From Candidatus Saccharicenans sp. (GTDB lineage Bacteria > Acidobacteriota > Aminicenantia > Aminicenantales > Saccharicenantaceae), in NCBI GenBank assembly GCA_026414545.1, contig JAOAIU010000058.1:41682-105681 (forward strand): a stretch of DNA of 64,000 bases, read 5' to 3'. Shown piece by piece: positions 55,198 through 61,770 of the stretch (its first letter is position 1; the number at the start of each line of letters is the position of its first letter). Under the pieces are notes generated by a model, which was not told the origin of the DNA, did no database searches, and worked only from the letters and a program-made list of their open reading frames with translations. Made by a program: the position numbers and the translations under genes.

Positions 55198-56400
55198 ATG
55201 ATCAACCGGACTGCTATCGAAAAGGCCAAAGAACACTTTGGCAAGCTTATGGAAGCCCAGATGGAACGCATGGTCAGGATGAAAAATGAGCCTGACTGGG
55301 TAGACTACACTAAGATTTCCCCGATCAAGATTGGGATACTTCCAGGGGACGGCATCGGGCCCTACATCGCCGCCGAAGCTGAAAGGGTCCTTCGTTACAT
55401 GCTTGAAGATGAGATCAAGAAGGGCAAAATTTATATCGCCACCATCGAAGGGCTGACCATTGAGAACAGGGCCGCTCACAACAAAGCCATTCCGGACGAT
55501 GTCCTGGAGGAAATCAAGAAGTACCATGTTACCTTGAAGGGCCCCACCACCACTCCCAGAAAAGGCGACCCCTGGCCCAACATCGAAAGCTGCAATGTGG
55601 CCATGAGAAAGGAACTTGACCTGTTTGCTAACGTCAGACCGGTTCGTGTTCCCAGACAGGGCATAGATTGGATCTTTTTCAGAGAGAATACAGAAGACCT
55701 GTACGCCCTGGGACCATATGGAATTGATGTTGATGAGGATTTTTCCATTGACTTTCGTCTGATATCTACTCCCGGTGCTATAAGAATTATCAGAATGGCC
55801 TTTGAATATGCCAGGAAGAACAAGAGAACAAAAATTACCTGCGTTACCAAGGCCAACGTGGTTAAGACCACAGACGGCAGATTTCTTGAGAACTTCTACA
55901 ACATAGCCAAAGAATACCCCGAAATCCAGGCCGATGACTGGTACATAGACATCATGACGGCCAAGCTGGTGGACGAGAAACGTCGGCGTGAATTTCAGGT
56001 CCTGGTCATGCCCAACATGTGGGGAGATATCCTGACCGACGAGGCGGCTGAGTTCCAGGGCGGAGTGGGCACGGCCGGCGCGGCCAACATCGGCAAACAA
56101 TATGCCATGTTTGAAGCCATTCACGGCTCCGCCCCCAGGATGGTCCAGGAAGGCAGGGCCCAGTATGCTGACCCGGCCAGCATGATCAGGGCAGCAGCCA
56201 TGCTCATCAACCACATCGGCTACGTGGATAAGGCCAGGAAGCTAGAAATGGCTCTGGATATCTGCGGCCAGTACGAGAAAAAGCTGGTCATCACCGGTCG
56301 ACCGACAGGAGCCACCGGCAAGGCCTTTACCGATTACCTGATCGAATGGCTTAACAATCCCAAACTCGAGGAAACCTGGGAAGGTTATGTCAAGGGCTGA
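55198..56400 (+). CDS. Isocitrate/isopropylmalate dehydrogenase family protein (probable isocitrate dehydrogenase, by context)
   Basis: GILPGDGIGPYI nucleotide/substrate motif and the family C-terminal pattern (MPNMWGDILTDEAA...GG.G.A..AN). I prefer the ATG at 55198 (AGGAGG upstream) over the TTG at 55138. It is flanked by acnB and mdh. Confidence 0.75.
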   Translation: MINRTAIEKAKEHFGKLMEAQMERMVRMKNEPDWVDYTKISPIKIGILPGDGIGPYIAAEAERVLRYMLEDEIKKGKIYIATIEGLTIENRAAHNKAIPDDVLEEIKKYHVTLKGPTTTPRKGDPWPNIESCNVAMRKELDLFANVRPVRVPRQGIDWIFFRENTEDLYALGPYGIDVDEDFSIDFRLISTPGAIRIIRMAFEYARKNKRTKITCVTKANVVKTTDGRFLENFYNIAKEYPEIQADDWYIDIMTAKLVDEKRRREFQVLVMPNMWGDILTDEAAEFQGGVGTAGAANIGKQYAMFEAIHGSAPRMVQEGRAQYADPASMIRAAAMLINHIGYVDKARKLEMALDICGQYEKKLVITGRPTGATGKAFTDYLIEWLNNPKLEETWEGYVKG

Positions 56401-56466
56401 TTGACGGCCAGGAATACGGGTTTTCTTCTTTTGGCTCGCAAACAATCAATATTTAAGGAGTAAGAT

Positions 56467-57399
56467 ATGCGAAAAAAGATAGCACTGATCGGCGGCGGGC
56501 AGATTGGTCAGATCCTGGCCATGCTGGCTGCCCAGAAAGAACTGGGAGATATTGTCATTCTGGATGTTCCTGATTATGTCAACGTCTGCAAGGGAAAAGC
56601 CCTGGACCTGATGGAAATGGCCCCCCATGGAAATTATGACGCCAGCATCACGGCTACCAGCGACTACAAAGACATCGCCGGGGCGGATGTGGTTATTGTG
56701 ACGGCCGGCAAGCCGAGAGAGGCCGGCATGACCAGGGAAGACCTGCTCAATGTCAACATCAAGATCATCACCGAGGTGGCCAACGGGGTCAAGCAGTATG
56801 CCCCCAAGGCCTTCTGTATCATCGTCACCAACCCCCTCGATGCCATGGTTTATGTCTTCCACAAGGTCACCGGGTTTCCCAAGCACCAGGTAATAGGCAT
56901 GGCCGGCACCCTGGACACGGCTCGCTGGAGAGCCTTCATCGCCATGGAACTCGGGGTTTCGGTAGCGGATGTGGCCGGAACCGTTCTCGGGGGTCATGGC
57001 CCCGATATGGTTCCCCTGCCCCGGTTGACCACGGTCGGCGGCGTGCCTCTGACTGAAATTGCCAGTCCCGAGCAGATCGACCGTCTGGTCACCCGGACCC
57101 GGGAAGCCGGGACCGAAATCGTCAAGCTGTTCGGCAAGGGCTCAGCCTTTTTCAGCCCGGCCTGGAGTGCCATCGTCATTGCCGAATCGTACCTGAAGGA
57201 CAAGAGAAGGGTTCTTCCCTGCGCCGCTCTGTGCGAGGGAGAATACGGAGTCAACGGTTTGTTCATCGGCGTGCCCTGTCTGATCAGCGCCAAAGGCATG
57301 GAAAAGATTTTCGAAATCAAACTGACCGAGGAAGAAAAGGCCCAGTTCCAGAAGACAGTAGCTTCGGTTACCAAGACCGTGTCCGAATGCAAGATCTGA
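56467..57399 (+). CDS. mdh: Malate dehydrogenase (LDH-like MDH type)
   Basis: KIALIGGGQIGQ Rossmann start, VIVTAGKPR, IVTNPLD and GGHG motifs; 310 aa. Confidence 0.9.
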   Translation: MRKKIALIGGGQIGQILAMLAAQKELGDIVILDVPDYVNVCKGKALDLMEMAPHGNYDASITATSDYKDIAGADVVIVTAGKPREAGMTREDLLNVNIKIITEVANGVKQYAPKAFCIIVTNPLDAMVYVFHKVTGFPKHQVIGMAGTLDTARWRAFIAMELGVSVADVAGTVLGGHGPDMVPLPRLTTVGGVPLTEIASPEQIDRLVTRTREAGTEIVKLFGKGSAFFSPAWSAIVIAESYLKDKRRVLPCAALCEGEYGVNGLFIGVPCLISAKGMEKIFEIKLTEEEKAQFQKTVASVTKTVSECKI

Positions 57400-57430
57400 G
57401 TCGCTAATCATCGTTTTGACTCATCCCAAA

Positions 57431-57466
57431 GGGTGGAGCTTAAAGGCTCCACCCTTTTTTATTTTT
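57431..57466 (+). terminator. Rho-independent terminator after mdh
   Basis: GGGTGGAGC-ttaaag-GCTCCACCC, a 9-bp GC-rich stem extendable by flanking AAA/TTT pairs. It is followed by TTTTTTATTTTT and lies 31 nt after the mdh stop. Confidence 0.8.
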
Positions 57467-57593
57467 AGGACGCCCGCGCCCTCCACCCCCCTCCTGGCCC
57501 GGGAATTAACCAGCTCCCAGGGTCTCGAGCTGGATAACCGACTTTAATAAAATTTCCAGTGGAATAGCACCCCAAAAATTTATAAAATTTAAG

Positions 57594-57612
57594 ACTCAAA
57601 AGTTTTTTGAGT
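57594..57612 (+). promoter_or_regulatory. Perfect 8-bp inverted repeat ACTCAAAA-gtt-TTTTGAGT, 7 nt upstream of the sucC start codon
   Basis: Read directly. It is either an operator-like dyad or a 5'-UTR hairpin covering the position where an SD sequence would be expected. Confidence 0.3.
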
Positions 57613-57619
57613 TTCGGCC

Positions 57620-58786
57620 ATGTTGATACATGAATTTCAGGCCAAAGATTTTCTGCGCCGGCTGGGCTGGGGAGTACCCGAGGGCAGTCTGGCCGAAACG
57701 GTAGAAGAGGTCAAGCGGCTGGCCGGAGAACTGGGCTGCCCGGTGATACTCAAAGCCCAGGTCCTGGCCGGCGGACGGGGCAAAGCCGGCGGCATACTTA
57801 AGGCCTTAAGGCCCGAGGAGGCCGCCCACCTGGCCAATCGGCTGCTGGGCAGCAAGCTGGTTACCGCCCAGACTGGAAGCCAGGGACTAACGATTAATAA
57901 ACTTCTGGTAGAAAAGGCAGTTAGTCCTAAGAAAGAGCTCTATTGCGCTCTGGCTGTTGACCGGAGAAATGAAAACCTGGTGGCTATAGTCAGCCAGCAG
58001 GGCGGTCTCGACATCGAAGAATTGTCAAGGTTCAGACCTCAGCTCATCAAGAAAATTTATTTTGAACCCGACGAGGGATTAAAGAATTTTCAGGCCAGGC
58101 AACTGGCTTACTTCCTGGAACTTACAGAAAGCTTAGTCAAGGACTTTGTGGCCCGGCTTAAGCTGCTGGCCGGATTTTTCATCGAAAAGGACCTTAAGCT
58201 TCTGGAAATCAATCCCCTGGCTCTAACCGAAGATAACCGGCTGGTAGCCCTGGATGCCAGAATAGAGTTCGACGATTGCAGTCTGGCCCGCCATCCGGAG
58301 ATAGCCTCACTCAGGGACGAAAGCCAGGAAAATGAGCTGGAAAAAAGAGCCAGGAAGTTCGGTTTGAATTACATCAAGATGGATGGCAGCATAGGCTGCC
58401 TGGTCAACGGAGCCGGGCTGGCCATGGCCACCATGGATATCATCAAGCATTTTGGCGGGCAACCGGCTAATTTCCTCGACATTGGAGGCGGGGTTACTGA
58501 AGAAGCCGTCAGCCAGGCCTTCGAGCTCTTGCTGGCGGATACCCAGGTGGTTTCAGGTTTGATAAACATCTTCGGCGGAATTGTGCGCTGCGACCTGGTG
58601 GCCCGGGGCGTGGTAACGGCTGCCAGCCGGCTTTCTCTCAATCGGCCGGTGGTGGTCAGGTTGGAAGGAACGAACGTAAATGAAGGCCGTCGAATTCTGG
58701 AAGAATCAGGCTTGCCCTTTATCTTCGCTTCAGATTTTGAACAGGCCGCTAGACTGGCCGTGGAACTGAGCGGACAACCAAGATGA
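57620..58786 (+). CDS. sucC: Succinyl-CoA synthetase beta subunit
   Basis: MLIHEFQAKDFL start, VLKAQVLAGGRGKAGG, and GCLVNGAGLAMATMD motifs. Confidence 0.95.
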   Translation: MLIHEFQAKDFLRRLGWGVPEGSLAETVEEVKRLAGELGCPVILKAQVLAGGRGKAGGILKALRPEEAAHLANRLLGSKLVTAQTGSQGLTINKLLVEKAVSPKKELYCALAVDRRNENLVAIVSQQGGLDIEELSRFRPQLIKKIYFEPDEGLKNFQARQLAYFLELTESLVKDFVARLKLLAGFFIEKDLKLLEINPLALTEDNRLVALDARIEFDDCSLARHPEIASLRDESQENELEKRARKFGLNYIKMDGSIGCLVNGAGLAMATMDIIKHFGGQPANFLDIGGGVTEEAVSQAFELLLADTQVVSGLINIFGGIVRCDLVARGVVTAASRLSLNRPVVVRLEGTNVNEGRRILEESGLPFIFASDFEQAARLAVELSGQPR

Positions 58787-59664
58787 GTATTCTAATTGAC
58801 GCCAAATCCAGAGTCCTGGTCCAGGGACTGACCGGCAAAGAAGCCACTTTTCACTCCCAGCGAATGCTGGAGTACGGGACCAGGCTGGTGGCCGGAGTGA
58901 CTCCAGGAAAAGGAGGGCAACTTCACCTGGGACTGCCGGTCTTCAATACGGTGGAAGAAGCAGTAAGGGCTGAGAGTCCAGAAGTTTCGATAATCTTCGT
59001 CCCTCCCCTGGCCGGAGCTGAGGCCATCATGGAAGCAGCCGCGGCCGGCATAAAACTCATTGTCTGCATTACAGAAGGGATACCGGTTCTGGATATGCTC
59101 CGGGTCAAGAGCTGGCTAAAAAAATGCCGGGCTAGTCTTATCGGGCCGAATACCCCGGGCTTAATTTCTCCTGGTCAGAGCAAGGTCGGGATAATGCCCG
59201 GCCACATTCATCAGCCGGGCCCGGTTGGAATAATTTCACGTTCAGGCACCCTGACCTACGAAGCTGTAAACCAGCTGACAGCCGCCGGACTTGGTCAGAG
59301 TACGGCCGTAGGTATCGGCGGCGACCCGGTGGTCGGGTTGAGATTCGTAGAACTGCTGGAGATGTTCAGGACTGACCAGCAGACCAGGGCTGTGGTCTTG
59401 ATAGGTGAAATTGGCGGTCAGGCTGAAGAAGAAGCTGCCGATTACCTTAAGGCTTCAGGTTATCCCAAGCCAGTACTGGCTTACGTTGCCGGAAGGACTG
59501 CACCCCCGGGCAAGCGACTGGGCCATGCTGGAGCCATCATTGAAGGGAGGCAGGGCTCGGCCGAAGGAAAGATTGAGCGCCTGCGAGAAGCCGGAGTTAA
59601 GATAATCGATAACCCGGGCCGGATCGGAGTGACGACCGCAGAAATTCTTTCCTCCCTGCATTAA
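58783..59664 (+). CDS. sucD: Succinyl-CoA synthetase alpha subunit
   Basis: SILIDAKSRVLVQGLTGKEATFH start, SRSGTLTYE, and GHAGAII (phosphohistidine loop). It overlaps the sucC stop by 4 nt. Confidence 0.95.
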   Translation: MSILIDAKSRVLVQGLTGKEATFHSQRMLEYGTRLVAGVTPGKGGQLHLGLPVFNTVEEAVRAESPEVSIIFVPPLAGAEAIMEAAAAGIKLIVCITEGIPVLDMLRVKSWLKKCRASLIGPNTPGLISPGQSKVGIMPGHIHQPGPVGIISRSGTLTYEAVNQLTAAGLGQSTAVGIGGDPVVGLRFVELLEMFRTDQQTRAVVLIGEIGGQAEEEAADYLKASGYPKPVLAYVAGRTAPPGKRLGHAGAIIEGRQGSAEGKIERLREAGVKIIDNPGRIGVTTAEILSSLH

Positions 59665-59755
59665 TTAATTACCGCCACCCGGGGTGGGTGCTCTCCGGAT
59701 TAGAGCAGCAACATTCGCAGCCAGGAATAAAGTCCTGCCTGGAAAATAAGGTTAA

Positions 59756-60453
59756 TCACCTCCTGGAAAACTTGATTTTCCAGCCGGCCTGGAGGCTGTC
59801 CCCAGAACTGATGGTAATCACCCGAAGCGGGCCAAGGCTTCTGTAGCTTTCCAGCTGCGCCCCTTCAACTCTAACTTCGTTAAGGTTCCACCCGGAAGGA
59901 AGATAGACATAAAGTTCATAGGGATCGCCGGCGGTTAACTGACTTTTTCCCCATAATTTATCCGCTTCCCAGCCCATATCAACTAGATCAGGTCCGCCGC
60001 CGGTCAAATGCCGGCTGGCGGTTAGCAACTGGGGACGCCCGGTCTTTTGCCGGACTGGCCACGGTCAGCCTCGCAGGGAAAAGACTCGGCTGAAGCCTTG
60101 ACCCGTCCATCGAGGGTTAATTTACTTCCCCGGCGAGCGGTAAAGGCCACGACCCCGGCCAGAGCTTTCCCCTTCTTGAAAATGTTCCTGGTGACAGAAA
60201 ACGTTCCGCCGTCGCTGGTGACCCAATCAGAAAATACGGCCTCTCCCCTTTATTTAATTATTACTTGTTGCCCGGTTATTTTTATTTCGGGGGCAACGTT
60301 GTAGGCATCCGTTGTCTCAAAAACCCGGCCGCAAGCGGGAAAAAACCAACAACCGGCCAGAAGAAAAAGAACCGGCATCACTTTTCTGGGCCCGGTTAAT
60401 AACCGCCTTATGGTCCCGGTCAAGGCTCCGCAGGCAGAACTCATATTTTTCAT
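59756..60453 (-). pseudogene. Probable decayed lipoprotein gene (in-frame TAA plus a frameshift)
   Basis: A lipobox-bearing ORF (60250-60453; ...VLFLLAGCWFF...) stops at a TAA at 60250-60252. The same frame then reads on as protein-like sequence (RGEAVFSDWVTSDGGTFSVTRNIFKKGKALAGVVAFTARRGSKLTLDGRVKASAESF...). Near 60030-60080 the open frame switches to that of track ORF 59756-60028. Confidence 0.35.
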
Positions 60454-60757
60454 ATAAAGATTCCTTTTTTTCGGAATTGATAATTATCGCAGACTGCAGG
60501 GCCTGGAACCTGGCCGGCAATTTTTCCAGCCAATCATAAAACACCTGTTTTGCCGGTGTCAATTTCAACCAGTTCCGCCTCCATCAAAGTCATCCAGATT
60601 AACTTCAGGACCAATGGCCACTTCACCTTAATCGCAATCCTTCACTTTGAAACAAGCAACCGGCGCGGCTCGTTTTCTGCCCACTCTGTGTGTTATTTTT
60701 TCAGGGGCTGTGGTATAAAGTAGAATTGAAAGGCACAATCGATTCAAGGAGGGCAAC

Positions 60758-61681
60758 ATGAGGAAACCAGTCAGGAAGAGAGCGATCCTGTCCCTGGCCG
60801 TCAGGCTCGTCTTCGTTGTGGTGATGTTTGTTTTCTGTCTGGCTCTAACCCAGGGGCCAACCTATGCCCAGCAACCAGGTTCACCGCCACCCCTGACCTT
60901 AGAAAAAATCAGGGGGAATATATACGTCATCAAAGGCGGTTCGGGAGCCAACTCCTTTTTGATAGCCGGAAAGAAAAGCAATCTTCTGGTTGATGCCAAG
61001 ATGACCGCCGAGTCCTTTAAGGACATGCTCTCGGAAATTCAGAAAACTTCTCCCTTACCGCTGGGCTTGATTATTCTGACTCATAGCGATGGAGACCATG
61101 TCAATGGTCTGAGAGGACTCCAGGCTAAAGTCAAGATTTTAGCGCACGCCAAGACCTACGAAGAAATGCTGCCGGCGGTGGAACAGACGCCAGAACTCAA
61201 AGACATCCTGCCTACCGAAACCTATGAAGGTAGCCAGAGCATAGACTTTGAGGGCACCAGACTGGAACTCAGAAACTTCGGGCCAGCCCACACCAGCGGC
61301 GATACCATAATCTTCATACCGGGAAGCCGGGTGGCCATAGCCGGCGACCTGATGTTCTTCGGCCGCGACCCGCTGATTCACAAGCACAAGAACGGAACAT
61401 TTTACGGTTATCTGAAAACTCTCCAGTTCCTTCTCGATTACCGACCCGAAATTGAAATTTTCCTGTCGGGCCATGCTGAACCCGCGGGACGTGCAGAAGT
61501 GGCCGGATTAATATCCAGCCTGAAAGAAAAAGAAGCCAGAGTCCGGGAAATGATGGAACAGGGAAAAACTCTTGACGATATCAAGGCAGCCTTCGGAGTG
61601 CAACCCCCGCCAACCGGTTCCCAGGTCAGGCGACTACCGCTGGTAGAAATAATCTACCAGGAAATCAAGGATAAAAAATAG
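60758..61681 (+). CDS. MBL-fold metallo-hydrolase, secreted
   Basis: Signal peptide. The metal motif ILTHSDGDHVNG is an HxHxDH variant, and later H and D ligands are present (GPAHTSGDT, SGH). RBS AAGGAGGG. Confidence 0.8.
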   Translation: MRKPVRKRAILSLAVRLVFVVVMFVFCLALTQGPTYAQQPGSPPPLTLEKIRGNIYVIKGGSGANSFLIAGKKSNLLVDAKMTAESFKDMLSEIQKTSPLPLGLIILTHSDGDHVNGLRGLQAKVKILAHAKTYEEMLPAVEQTPELKDILPTETYEGSQSIDFEGTRLELRNFGPAHTSGDTIIFIPGSRVAIAGDLMFFGRDPLIHKHKNGTFYGYLKTLQFLLDYRPEIEIFLSGHAEPAGRAEVAGLISSLKEKEARVREMMEQGKTLDDIKAAFGVQPPPTGSQVRRLPLVEIIYQEIKDKK

Positions 61682-61770
61682 GTCTTTTTTGTATTGTGTC
61701 TGAAAGATAGTTCTGCCAGGATGACTTATGGATTTATCTGTTAACTCCCGGGTCTGTCTGGAGGCCTGAT

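Noticed and set aside
55186-56214. 342-aa minus-strand ORF antisense to the icd-like gene, and the TTG start at 55138 for the sense gene
   Set aside because: The sense gene has dehydrogenase family motifs. The ATG at 55198 has an AGGAGG RBS, whereas the TTG extension would add an AT-rich leader (MKIIELILKIFLSKPKSGGK) that looks like intergenic sequence.
60317-60568. 83-aa minus-strand ORF (TTG start, GGAGG about 9 nt upstream)
   Set aside because: I did not call it as a gene. It overlaps the lipobox-bearing ORF 60250-60453 by 137 nt in another frame, I recognise no family, and its C-terminal third reads like out-of-frame signal peptide. I cannot decide between the two without homologues, so it is discussed under the decayed-locus finding.
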